The notes below the pieces were generated by a model that was not told where the DNA came from, searched no databases, and saw only the letters and a list, made by a program, of their open reading frames with translations. A stretch of 64,000 bases of DNA. Origin: a virus (Duplodnaviria; Caudoviricetes). Below are positions 29,690-39,335 of this stretch, in pieces; the stretch's first letter is position 1, and each line of letters starts with the position of its first letter. The translations under genes and the position numbers were made by a program. The stretch lies in the IMG/VR virus record IMGVR_UViG_3300048803_000071, positions 1 to 64,000 of that record, one strand, 5' to 3'.

Positions 29690-30748
29690 TTACGCTGTTA
29701 TCATTTTTATATGCTTATTGTATCTTCTCTTATAAGTTTCTACCCAGTCCTTTTCATTTCCTTTTAACTCCTGTAAATATGCAAATCCGTTTCTCGTTAC
29801 TCCATATGACGCTCCATCTACGCTCTTTTGAACACTCTGGTTCAATACTGCCGGTGATATTGACCCTAAACCATTCAATAACGCCCTTCTTGCGATGGCT
29901 AATCTTATTTCAGCTTGTTCTTCTTCCGGAATGTTCATAAAATCTATTCCATAGGTGTATGATATTCTGAATACTGCCGGTAATCTTGGTGCTCCTAATC
30001 CTCTGGAGAATAGTTGTAACTGAGTCGATTCAATTCCTAAGTTTTGGAATATCAGAAAGAATGGTTGATTTGGTGCAGGTAAATATTCTACTGTTCCCAT
30101 AATCTTCTCCAGCAGCAAATATTCTGTTGGGATCTCTACCACTTTTGAAGTGCCAAAATAGAGTTGATAACTTTGAACGGATATTATAGGATAGTTGAAA
30201 AACTGTATCATCCATGATGTCTCTCTGAGATTGTCCTGGAACCAGTCATGAGCTTCGTTTTCTATGGTCTTGGGGGTGAATGACATTTCACAATCTGTTT
30301 GTAATTGTCCCGTGGCAGATAATAAAAGTTCTTTTACTGCATCATCTGGGTAAGCTAATATCGTTTGTCTGAATTCATCGATTAAATTAGCATTTAAAGT
30401 GTAATCTCTGAAATACTCATTCGGTACTAATTGTATACTGTTGCTCTCTATGATTAAATTAACAAGAGCGTAATTCGATACGATGTAAATACCATCTGCA
30501 TCTGTAATATCAAATACTAATCTGTAATATTTACCCTTTGATGTGCTCGATAATTGGAATGAAGCGTAATATCTATTAAACGTATCGTCAAATTCCGCAT
30601 CTTTATTCTCGATGGGATCATCCTCATTGTTAAGTGCTACCTGGCCTAATTCGTTTAAGACTCTGTATTTAACCGTATAATCGTCCGTTGCTATGTCGGT
30701 GTCCTCGAGCAGTAACTTATTAAGGCTGTATTTCGTGATTGATTTCAT
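29690..30748 (-). CDS. Head-tail adaptor (neck) protein
   Basis: YPIISV, FRISYTYG and SVDG-x-S motifs; synteny. Confidence 0.75.
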   Translation of the reverse strand: MKSITKYSLNKLLLEDTDIATDDYTVKYRVLNELGQVALNNEDDPIENKDAEFDDTFNRYYASFQLSSTSKGKYYRLVFDITDADGIYIVSNYALVNLIIESNSIQLVPNEYFRDYTLNANLIDEFRQTILAYPDDAVKELLLSATGQLQTDCEMSFTPKTIENEAHDWFQDNLRETSWMIQFFNYPIISVQSYQLYFGTSKVVEIPTEYLLLEKIMGTVEYLPAPNQPFFLIFQNLGIESTQLQLFSRGLGAPRLPAVFRISYTYGIDFMNIPEEEQAEIRLAIARRALLNGLGSISPAVLNQSVQKSVDGASYGVTRNGFAYLQELKGNEKDWVETYKRRYNKHIKMITA

Positions 30749-30766
30749 TCTTTTACTCTTTTAACT

Positions 30767-30801
30767 AAAAAAGGGCTCAAATAAATATATACTTGAGCCC
30801 T
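30767..30801 (-). terminator. Intrinsic terminator
   Basis: AGGGCTCAA/TTGAGCCCT stem followed by a T-run on the minus strand. Confidence 0.75.
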
Positions 30802-30830
30802 GTAAATTCAAAGTTTTATTTTAGAATATG

Positions 30831-31307
30831 TTATTTTTTCTTCTCATCTTTATCTTTTAACGGTTTTGGCGGTGGCGGCTCATCGTCTTTAATCGATTTT
30901 GGCGGTAGCTCATCAATTAAAGACTTTAAATCCTCAACTTCTTTTTTTAGAGCATCGTTTTCTTCCGTCAGAGCTTTCACGGTTTTTGGAATATTTGTAT
31001 CAACTTCCTCAAGTTTCTTCTTGAGACTAGCATTTTCTTCCCTGAGTTTTTTCATATCTATCTCTAACTGAGCAACATAAATCTTATTCTTTTTATCGTC
31101 TGCTTTTAATTTTGGGAATTTCCAGTCCGGGTGACCTTCCTCGATTATGTTCTTTTTATCTTTATCTGAATCAAGTAACGCCTTCATTTGAGCTTCGTTT
31201 TCAACAGTAAATGTTCCTTCGGAGTCAATATTTTTTATAACCAGATCTCCGTCAAGTAAGCTGACGTTTTTTTTGCTTTTGAGTTTAGTGTGTTGTAGCT
31301 TAAACAT
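30831..31307 (-). CDS. Hypothetical coiled-coil protein (head module)
   Basis: ORF with coiled coil and Pro/Lys-rich tail. Confidence 0.5.
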   Translation of the reverse strand: MFKLQHTKLKSKKNVSLLDGDLVIKNIDSEGTFTVENEAQMKALLDSDKDKKNIIEEGHPDWKFPKLKADDKKNKIYVAQLEIDMKKLREENASLKKKLEEVDTNIPKTVKALTEENDALKKEVEDLKSLIDELPPKSIKDDEPPPPKPLKDKDEKKK

Positions 31308-31335
31308 AATGTTTATATTTGTTTTTTAAAAAAAA

Positions 31336-31854
31336 TTATTTAAATGTCGCTGCGTCCAGGTCGTTTTCAGGAATGTTTAAATACCCGTAAAGATTCCTGT
31401 CATACTTCTCTGATTTCAGCTGTAATGTGATATACCAAAATGGCACCTTATAATTCGGCTGTATATTTACTATGCCTTTTCCTCCAAGTAATAGTATAGT
31501 ATCAAGAGGTATTCCTTTCACAGTTTCATCCCAATAAGCGTAAATTGTCATGGTGATAGTATCTGTCTTTGTAATACCCGCACTATCTATTTCATAAGTA
31601 TATGGGAAACTTGTTTTGTTATCTGCCCACGATACTTCTATTTTTGGTAATGTTATAAGTTTTAAAGAATCAATGTTTGTAACGAAGGTTCTTATAAACA
31701 TCCCGCTCCCGCTGTTTGGGAGAGATTGATATCTTATCGAATAAGATGCTCCGTTATTTGTCCCGGATATTGAATTACCCGGCTTTATACCTGACCCGGT
31801 GAATGCCATTAATATTAATGACAAGGATAATACTATAAGAATTAATTTTTTCAT
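31336..31854 (-). CDS. Signal-peptide-bearing protein downstream of the major capsid gene
   Basis: MKKLILIVLSLSLILMA N-terminus; beta-rich body. Confidence 0.6.
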   Translation of the reverse strand: MKKLILIVLSLSLILMAFTGSGIKPGNSISGTNNGASYSIRYQSLPNSGSGMFIRTFVTNIDSLKLITLPKIEVSWADNKTSFPYTYEIDSAGITKTDTITMTIYAYWDETVKGIPLDTILLLGGKGIVNIQPNYKVPFWYITLQLKSEKYDRNLYGYLNIPENDLDAATFK

Positions 31855-31902
31855 TTTTAATACTCCCGCAACCATTTTTTTAAAAGATCGTTTTTAAAGA
31901 AT

Positions 31903-31950
31903 TGGAGAAGTCCCGATATTGGTGTTTAAGCACGATATTAGAACTTCTCC
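31903..31950 (-). terminator. Stem-loop after major capsid gene
   Basis: GGAGAAGT...ACTTCTCC inverted repeat with inner pairing. Confidence 0.5.
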
Positions 31951-31961
31951 CTGAATTTTAT

Positions 31962-33374
31962 TTAACTGTTCGGTAAATCTCCGACGTTTTCAAATACAAC
32001 AATCCTGTTTGGATTGAAGACTTGAAGTACAACGTATATCTTTTGAAGCCATTCTTTCTTATCATACCTGGTGCCGTAAGGTAATTTCATCATATCCGAT
32101 AATTGAGAGCAGCATATTGTTTGGTCTGAATCCCATTCGATAAGAGCACACGATGTGGTCCCGGGGATATATTGACCGTCGTCAAATACGGTTATTTCTG
32201 CTGCTGTCTTTTTATATGTTTTTACAAGAAAATATCTTCTGATATCCGTTAATTCACCCGACCTTCTGTAAATCTTGTAGCCCAGTGTGGCTTCTCCTGT
32301 AGCTGCTGCTGTTATTACAAACTGACTTTTTTTCCCGCCACCGGAATGCTCGATAGTGCTCTCTAATGCAGTCCCTTCACCATATTGGTTAAATGGTACA
32401 ACCGCATAATCGTAAAATCCGTCATCCAATTGGTAATCTGTATCGGTTACAACCGATGTTAAAGCTACAGTTGGAGCATCAGGAGCCTTTGTGTGGTTTT
32501 TCTTGAAAGCATCGCCTATTGCGGTTACGATCCTATTGCTGTTTGGATTTTCCGCTCTTAAGAAGACGTCTGTTTTCACTTCACCTTCACCGTTTGCAAC
32601 TTCAAAATTTCTGAAGGTTTGTGTTGGATTTAAATCCCCACCGGCATTTGTGAAGTAAGTTTTATTTAAAATCTTTTCTTTTACATAACCGTTTTTAGCA
32701 TTTAAACTCATCCAGAATTTTAATTGACCTTCACCGTAATTGTCTTTAATGCAAGTAACTGCATCGTTGACATCTTCATCGGTTATCCTTTTTCCTCTTT
32801 TATCGATGACATTTTGGGATGGGTTTTTACAGCTGTCTTTTACGATTTTAAATACTCCGTCAAATTCAAGTACATTAATTGACGAATCACCTTTCCATAA
32901 TCCTATATCAAGTCCTCTGCACATGCTTCTCATCTTGTTGTTCGTCTCGGTAATTTCTGCATCTTGTATCATCTTTACCGATTTTGCGGCATAAGTGACC
33001 GTTCCTTTTACACCCATGTACTTTATCAGGTCATACTTTCTATCCATATCGTCGTCTTGATTATCAACATCTCCGCCTTCAGAATAAAATACTGAATTAG
33101 CGACTTCGTTAATTCTTGCATATTCGAGTACTGTCGAACTTACTTTCTTTTTTGGAATTTCCTTCCAAAATCTTGCTGCTTCCTCCTTGAATGTGATTAC
33201 CTTAAAGGTTTCTTCAAGGGATTGGACTCTTCCTGCTTGACCACCGGTTAAGCTGGATATGTCGATATCATGACCTGCTTCAAAAGCTTTCTGGATCTCT
33301 TGCAGTATCGATATATTATCTGCAAAATCCGGAGCATCATAAGCGGTTACGGATTCAGGACTGTCAAATCTCAT
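31962..33374 (-). CDS. Major capsid protein (Herelleviridae/A511-like), with Ig-like insertion
   Basis: KAFEAG...GG-x-A-x-R-x-QSLE N-terminus, LEFDG motif, YKIYR insertion domain, FENVG C-terminus. Confidence 0.92.
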   Translation of the reverse strand: MRFDSPESVTAYDAPDFADNISILQEIQKAFEAGHDIDISSLTGGQAGRVQSLEETFKVITFKEEAARFWKEIPKKKVSSTVLEYARINEVANSVFYSEGGDVDNQDDDMDRKYDLIKYMGVKGTVTYAAKSVKMIQDAEITETNNKMRSMCRGLDIGLWKGDSSINVLEFDGVFKIVKDSCKNPSQNVIDKRGKRITDEDVNDAVTCIKDNYGEGQLKFWMSLNAKNGYVKEKILNKTYFTNAGGDLNPTQTFRNFEVANGEGEVKTDVFLRAENPNSNRIVTAIGDAFKKNHTKAPDAPTVALTSVVTDTDYQLDDGFYDYAVVPFNQYGEGTALESTIEHSGGGKKSQFVITAAATGEATLGYKIYRRSGELTDIRRYFLVKTYKKTAAEITVFDDGQYIPGTTSCALIEWDSDQTICCSQLSDMMKLPYGTRYDKKEWLQKIYVVLQVFNPNRIVVFENVGDLPNS

Positions 33375-33433
33375 TAATAAAATCTCCTATAATTGATTTT
33401 TAATAAAAGTTATTTTAATTTATTTCCTTAAAC

Positions 33434-34831
33434 TTACTTGCTTAATTCATCGAGAATTTCTTCTTGAATCGATTTTTCAACCTTGTCTAATTTGAAGCCG
33501 TCGAATTCATAACGGGTTAATGCTTTTTGATATGCATCTGCTCTTATTGTATCTTTAGATGATTCAATCGATTTGGATAAGAAGCTTTTTACCCTGTGGG
33601 AATCTAAGCTTTCAATCTTTTCTTTTCTCTCTTTTGTTTCTTTTTCCTTCTGAACATCCAGTTTATTCAGCTTTGAAGGGTCGGTAACTATCCCCGGATC
33701 AGCTTCGAATGATTTCAAAATCTTTTCATTATCTTCGATGATAAGTCTGGTGTCCTGCGTTAATTCAACGAGATCTTCGTGTAATGATTTTATCATCTCA
33801 AGTTCAGACTGCGCTACGGATAATGTTATTCCGAGCACTTTTGTCAACTCAGCATTTTGTGCAGGAATTGATTTTTGGATTGTTAACAGCGTGTTACCAA
33901 TCGCTTCTAAGAATGGCATAGGATCTATACCTTCGTCTTTTGAACCGGTCTTTAAAGAGTCTTCGAGAGATTTCTTTAAAGTATCACCGGCTTTGTTTTC
34001 CTCAAGTGATGCGCTAAACACTTTAATGGTTTCGAGAGCTGAAGAAATCGTGTTCATACTTTTTGTATAATTTTCTGTTCTGTTCTTTTCTTTTGTGTTT
34101 GCTTCTTCCCATGCTGCGGCTTTTGCATCAGCTGCGGCTTCCGGCAAACCCTGTTCGATAAAGAATTTCTTTGCTTCGGCTTTGTTTGAAAATTTCATTG
34201 GTTTTACTCCTTTAAGGTTTACTGATAATGTTTTATGTGTTTTATCTAAATGCTGTTTTCTTCCGGCTTCTCCACCCGACATATCTCCGGGATTTATATC
34301 ACTGCCGGCACAAAAACTTTTTATTAATTCTGCGTAAGTTCGTGGATTTTTGGGGTTGGCGGTTAATACAACATTTGTTACTACGGCTTTTAATACCTGA
34401 TTGCCTTTTCTTTGGCGTACACCGCCTTCTATTGAAAAACCGATTCTTCTCTGGTCTTTAGGATGAGTTTTGTTGTATTCCATCATATTTTGTAAATCAC
34501 CTACAGCCTGTTGCGCTATCTCATACTGCGGAGTTCCCGGTCTGGCATAAATAACCCCTTCCATCTTTGTTTCTACACCTTTGTTTAATGCAAGTTGAGG
34601 ATAACCGATGTGATACTTTGGGTCTTTGTTGTGCTCGTACTTTAATTTCCCGTATCCCTTTTTCCACATGCTGAAATCTAATCCATCCTGAGAAACTTCC
34701 TCTTTGTCAAAATCTTCTTTATTATCGGATATTATTCCGCTGATTTTAACGTCTATTATCCCATTCTTCCCATTGTCAGGACCTTTGATTAAATCGTCAA
34801 CCGGTGCAAAAAATTCGAAGTTATCTTCCAT
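33434..34831 (-). CDS. Prohead protease fused to scaffold
   Basis: D-x-D-x-E, YEH, GFSIEG and VVLT-x-NP-x-N motifs; long helical C-terminal part. Confidence 0.88.
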   Translation of the reverse strand: MEDNFEFFAPVDDLIKGPDNGKNGIIDVKISGIISDNKEDFDKEEVSQDGLDFSMWKKGYGKLKYEHNKDPKYHIGYPQLALNKGVETKMEGVIYARPGTPQYEIAQQAVGDLQNMMEYNKTHPKDQRRIGFSIEGGVRQRKGNQVLKAVVTNVVLTANPKNPRTYAELIKSFCAGSDINPGDMSGGEAGRKQHLDKTHKTLSVNLKGVKPMKFSNKAEAKKFFIEQGLPEAAADAKAAAWEEANTKEKNRTENYTKSMNTISSALETIKVFSASLEENKAGDTLKKSLEDSLKTGSKDEGIDPMPFLEAIGNTLLTIQKSIPAQNAELTKVLGITLSVAQSELEMIKSLHEDLVELTQDTRLIIEDNEKILKSFEADPGIVTDPSKLNKLDVQKEKETKERKEKIESLDSHRVKSFLSKSIESSKDTIRADAYQKALTRYEFDGFKLDKVEKSIQEEILDELSK

Positions 34832-34861
34832 TAATGTTTGTTAGTGTTTTGTCTTTTATGG

Positions 34862-34911
34862 TACAAAAATCTCGATGTGCGTGAGGAAATTACAAGGGGG
34901 GGTGGTTCTTT
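34862..34911 (-). promoter_or_regulatory. Putative late promoter, copy 1 (head operon)
   Basis: 50-bp exact duplicate of 24898-24947, 30 bp upstream of the protease start and just after a terminator. Confidence 0.75.
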
Positions 34912-34947
34912 TCTGAATTTTGAGTTTTTATTCTGAAATCTTTAAAT

Positions 34948-34981
34948 AAAAAAAGCCGGGAATCATTATAATTTCCGGCTT
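34948..34981 (-). terminator. Intrinsic terminator
   Basis: AGCCGG...CCGGCT stem followed by T7 on the minus strand. Confidence 0.75.
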
Positions 34982-35054
34982 AAGAATGAGTAGAAGTATT
35001 TTTGAATACGTTTTTAATCTAATGGATAAATAATTTATTTCAAAGGATTTTCTT

Positions 35055-35267
35055 TTATAAGTAATTTATAAAACTCAATGTCAATCCTAACATATAAAAA
35101 AGTGTCAAAATTATGATTATGAATATACTCAAAAAAAGCAAAAGTGAATATGGTCTCGGACCGCCTAACTCTTCATACCGCTGCTTGCATCCGTCATATC
35201 TGATTAGAGAACAGACTGCAATACAATATGCAATATTCATTGAGCCGCATTTTATTTTTTCTTTCAT
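35055..35267 (-). CDS. Small membrane protein
   Basis: Cys-containing N-terminus, C-terminal TM helix. Confidence 0.4.
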   Translation of the reverse strand: MKEKIKCGSMNIAYCIAVCSLIRYDGCKQRYEELGGPRPYSLLLFLSIFIIIILTLFYMLGLTLSFINYL

Positions 35268-35274
35268 TCTTATC

Positions 35275-35562
35275 CTATATTGGAATTTTTAATTTCATAA
35301 TTTTTCGGACAGTCTTAACACTTATTTTATATTTCTTTGCAATTGTCGTTAGCGGAAGATTGGTGGTGTTAATAGCTTTCTTTATCTCAACTCTCTTTAA
35401 ATAATCAATTAACGGTTTGAGTGTGATCTTCTTACCGCCGACTATCTCGAATATCTTTTCAGTATTTTCTTTGCCTATTGCTTCAAGGATTCCGATATGG
35501 TCCTCTGTTACATTTGAACCGTTAGGAAAGCTTTTAAGTATTTCTATTCTCGATTTCGCCAT
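35275..35562 (-). CDS. Mor/C-family transcription activator
   Basis: IG-x-E...GG-x-x-I motif and C-terminal HTH (TTIAKKYKISVKTVRKI). Confidence 0.75.
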   Translation of the reverse strand: MAKSRIEILKSFPNGSNVTEDHIGILEAIGKENTEKIFEIVGGKKITLKPLIDYLKRVEIKKAINTTNLPLTTIAKKYKISVKTVRKIMKLKIPI

Positions 35563-35896
35563 TCAACAACTCTTTTTGATATGATAATATACTTTTTGTT
35601 AACACTGCTTTGTCAAGTAATGAATCTTTAACTTGAATATTGTTTGTTTCGTGTATGTACCCCAACATTGCAATCGAATCGTCGATATGCTCAAGTGCCT
35701 TTTCTATATTTGCTTTCTTTTCTTTAATTGTCTCATCATCTAACTCCATTATTATTTTAATGGAATCTATTGCCTTTATAAAATCATCTGAGTTTTCGCG
35801 CTCCTGTAAAACCATATTATCCTCAGAAGCAAAAGATTTTATCATTAAATCCTTTGTTCTTTCGTCCTTTTTTTTCTTCTTTAATGGAAGTATCAT
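35534..35896 (-). CDS. Hypothetical protein rich in x-K-[SA] motifs
   Basis: MIKSF, FIKAI, IEKAL, LDKAV, LTKSI. Confidence 0.45.
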   Translation of the reverse strand: MILPLKKKKKDERTKDLMIKSFASEDNMVLQERENSDDFIKAIDSIKIIMELDDETIKEKKANIEKALEHIDDSIAMLGYIHETNNIQVKDSLLDKAVLTKSILSYQKELLNGEIENRNT

Positions 35897-35930
35897 TGTT
35901 TTTTATTTTATTCTTTTTAATCTCTGCAAC

Positions 35931-38900
35931 TTATAATATCGGGTCCCTATAAATTGATACAGGTTTATTTTTTTCTTCATCCCATCCGGCTTCAATTATA
36001 GGTAATGATTTTTCAATCTCTTGAAAGTTCGGCTGTCTGATGATATCTTCCTGCCTGTCTAAAAGCAAACAAAACACATATAAGTTATCCTTAAATGATT
36101 TTAAAATTTTATCATAATCATTATTTAAACTGCCGCTTAAATGTATTATCCGGGATAAATTTTCCAATCCTTCTCTCCTGTAACTGTCAGCATTTTCCCA
36201 TACTTCTCTGGGGCTCAAACCTTTTATTAAATCGACAGTCCTTTCCTCTGAATTCCTGATAAGTTTCATTTTTTTGTATTTTTCGGAAAGATAATAATAA
36301 GGCTGTGTTATAGATTTTATAAATGCCCTGACTGCTCCCATTTTATCTTTTGACAATCCTATTTTCCCTTCGTTTTCTAATTGTTTTAAATGCTTTTTTA
36401 TCTCAATATCTGTATATCTGTTCGGTTTTATTCCTAATTTGGTTGCTATCTGCTCGGTGTTGTATGAACTGTTTCTTATCGAGTCAAGATTTTTATAAAT
36501 ATTTTCCTTTGTTATTGTGCTTAAAGGATGCACTTCATCATAATTTCTTGTTTTTTTGTCCAGTTCGTTTAATTTCGATGTGGAATGAAATCCCATTAAA
36601 TCAAAATCGGGTTTGGATAATTCTTTTAATTTATAATTTAATTCACTCAATTCTTTTTCATGGGGTTCCGCTAATTTCGCTCTTTCCTCTTCTACTTTCG
36701 CTCTTGCTTCATCTCTCATACCTCTTGCTTTTTTGTCCTGGCTGATATTTATATGAGCTATATTTTGGATTATCTCTTCTTTTCTGTTGTTTATCTTTTC
36801 GATTTTTTCCTTATTTTCTTTCGGTAAATAACTTTTGAAGTTAGGGTTTTTTTCAACGTTTCCTTTGAAGTCCTCAAAGTCGTGGTTTTCCTTGGCTAAG
36901 TTCTGCAGTTCAGGATGTTGCTGCAGTAATTCAGGATCTTTGTTCTCAATCTTATCGTGATAGTCGGGATTTGCAGACGGGTGTAAAAGATTAAACACTT
37001 TATCTTTCTTTTGATTGATTAAATTTTCATAATCTTTCTTTTTATCATTATATTCCTTAACGTTTTTTGCATACTCGCTGTTAGGGTCAAATTCATTGCC
37101 TAAGTTTTTTAAGTTGTCGATATCTTCCGATTTGTAATTTCCCTCGTTATCCAATAGGTTCATTATGCTGCTTTGCTCTGCAAGTTTTTTCTTTGACTTT
37201 TGCCCTCTCTCATATTCCCCGGGTATGGGTTTTTTGCCATTAATATAATTGTGAATCTTTTGCATATCGTCTTTATTGTATCCTAAACTTTTCAATTTCT
37301 TGATAAGAGGCGTTTCTCCCATTTCGTCTATGTCAAAATCAGACGTGAGCATATCCATATCATCTTTTTTCTTACCTCTTAATAAATCCTTAAACTTTTC
37401 AGAGTGTATGTCGAAATCCGGAGTCGCGTGTTTTATATTTTCGATATCTGCTTTCTTTATGGCTCTTTTCCTACCATCGTCACCTTTTGCAAATACAAAA
37501 TCATCTTTTACATCATTAATAGTGTGGTTTTGACCTGCGTAATTGAATTTATCACCTTTCTTGTAATCTGAATAAGAAACAGCATTGTTTTCTAATTCCG
37601 GATTGATTTTAGGATTAGCTTTGGAAGTCTGATATTCTTTGGAGAAAGGCTGTTTTTTATTCCGTCCGCCTGTTTCTTCTTTTAAAGCATCAAACATCTC
37701 ATTACTTATTTTTTTATCGGCTAATCTTTTCAAAAGTACTGTGTTTCTCTTTGCCTTTTCTCTGTCAAATTCACCGCTTTCATTAATTGTTTCCCGGTTG
37801 CTCATGGTCGGGAATTTAAACCATCTTTTTAAATTATCGGAATCCCATATTTCATCATTCTTGGAATCTTTGCCTTTATACATCGTCCAGTCTCTCTTCT
37901 TGTTTATTTTCTCATTGTCTTGATTGATATGGTCCGTTTTGAATGTTTTTAAATATTTTTTTAATCCCGGGGATATCTCACCGCTCTTTACGGCATTTGC
38001 AAATTTTTCTCCTGTTCCGAATTTGTCAATTTCTTTTTTATGCTCTTCCGGTAAATCCTGAACTTGTCCGTATTCCGGATTATCTGTAAATCTCTCGTGG
38101 TCCATTAATGTAGCTCTCTGGTCGGGCATCACCGGTTTTGTATCGTGGTTCCTCCACCTGCCTACTGTATTATTAAAATGTTCTCTAATCTCATCATCGT
38201 TATTGTTGTGTAACTTTTTAACTTCATCAGCTAAAGCTTTATGTTCCGGTTTGGGATTATTTAAAAAGTTTGTGTGAGTGTTGTATTCGTTAAGTTTCTT
38301 TCCTAAACTCCCCCCTTCAAATAAATCTGTTCCTTCTTCGTGCCATTTTCCGTCTTTTATATTTATTTTTACCGGGTTGAATTTCTTAGAAACTTCTTCT
38401 TCACCTGATAATCCGTTAACATAATTGTTTAAAGTTTCTGCCTTTTCTTTATCTTCCGGAGTATGAGTACCGGCTTTTAATCTCGGCAGTAGTTGCTTTG
38501 TATATTCTTCCTTTATACTCGGGTGTAATTTATCAAATCTCTCGAATGCGTTTAACTGTGTCCCCTTAGGCTCTCCTTGGCTGCCTACTGCAACTGTTTT
38601 CACCGGCTTTATTATATCTTTTAATTTCGGTGTTTCTTCTTTCCCAAATAAACTTAGTTGATTAGGATTCGGTTTTATCGCTTTCATCAACCTTAGTCCT
38701 AAATGCTCTATTAAAGCTTTCGGTTCAATCTTACCGCCAAAATAATCATTAAATTTACTTAAGTGACTCTCTTCTGTTGCCGATAAAGGGAAATTATTTT
38801 CTTTTTTGTGATTAATCCTTCTGAAGTATTCCCTTTCATCACTTCCTAAATCGTTTAATTTATTATTCCTTTTAAGACTTTCTAATAAATGGTCCGATAT

Positions 38901-39332
38901 CTTATTTACATCTTTTATACCGATGGTCTTTTTTTCCTTGTGTTCAACTTTTGCAGGATCAAGTATTGTGATTTTATTTTCTGATTCCGGTTTATCTTCT
39001 CCGAATATATTCCGGGTGTTCTGATAATCTTTTTTTGGAATACTTAAAATTTTTCCTTTTTCTGATACGTTTACCCTTCCCCTCTTTAAATGGTCCGGAA
39101 TATTTATTTTTGATACTTCTGAAAACTCGGGTAATTTAAATTTTGTTTCAAGCTCTTCCCTGGAAATTTTTCCATCTAAGAAATTGTTGACATGGCTCAT
39201 CTTTTCATAATCTTTATCATCAGCCATGCCGCTTAGATGTTTCGAATATAAATTTTTATACTCGTTTTTTATAGTCGGGTGCAGGTTATTGAATATTTCC
39301 TGCTTCTCTATTGATTTAAATAATGATTCCAT
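35931..39332 (-). CDS. Large putative internal head/polyvalent protein
   Basis: 1133 aa, K/E/D/H-rich; three F-x-x-LHP repeats; K[SAG] motifs clustered mainly at the termini. Confidence 0.55.
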   Translation of the reverse strand: MESLFKSIEKQEIFNNLHPTIKNEYKNLYSKHLSGMADDKDYEKMSHVNNFLDGKISREELETKFKLPEFSEVSKINIPDHLKRGRVNVSEKGKILSIPKKDYQNTRNIFGEDKPESENKITILDPAKVEHKEKKTIGIKDVNKISDHLLESLKRNNKLNDLGSDEREYFRRINHKKENNFPLSATEESHLSKFNDYFGGKIEPKALIEHLGLRLMKAIKPNPNQLSLFGKEETPKLKDIIKPVKTVAVGSQGEPKGTQLNAFERFDKLHPSIKEEYTKQLLPRLKAGTHTPEDKEKAETLNNYVNGLSGEEEVSKKFNPVKINIKDGKWHEEGTDLFEGGSLGKKLNEYNTHTNFLNNPKPEHKALADEVKKLHNNNDDEIREHFNNTVGRWRNHDTKPVMPDQRATLMDHERFTDNPEYGQVQDLPEEHKKEIDKFGTGEKFANAVKSGEISPGLKKYLKTFKTDHINQDNEKINKKRDWTMYKGKDSKNDEIWDSDNLKRWFKFPTMSNRETINESGEFDREKAKRNTVLLKRLADKKISNEMFDALKEETGGRNKKQPFSKEYQTSKANPKINPELENNAVSYSDYKKGDKFNYAGQNHTINDVKDDFVFAKGDDGRKRAIKKADIENIKHATPDFDIHSEKFKDLLRGKKKDDMDMLTSDFDIDEMGETPLIKKLKSLGYNKDDMQKIHNYINGKKPIPGEYERGQKSKKKLAEQSSIMNLLDNEGNYKSEDIDNLKNLGNEFDPNSEYAKNVKEYNDKKKDYENLINQKKDKVFNLLHPSANPDYHDKIENKDPELLQQHPELQNLAKENHDFEDFKGNVEKNPNFKSYLPKENKEKIEKINNRKEEIIQNIAHINISQDKKARGMRDEARAKVEEERAKLAEPHEKELSELNYKLKELSKPDFDLMGFHSTSKLNELDKKTRNYDEVHPLSTITKENIYKNLDSIRNSSYNTEQIATKLGIKPNRYTDIEIKKHLKQLENEGKIGLSKDKMGAVRAFIKSITQPYYYLSEKYKKMKLIRNSEERTVDLIKGLSPREVWENADSYRREGLENLSRIIHLSGSLNNDYDKILKSFKDNLYVFCLLLDRQEDIIRQPNFQEIEKSLPIIEAGWDEEKNKPVSIYRDPIL

Positions 39333-39335
39333 TAA

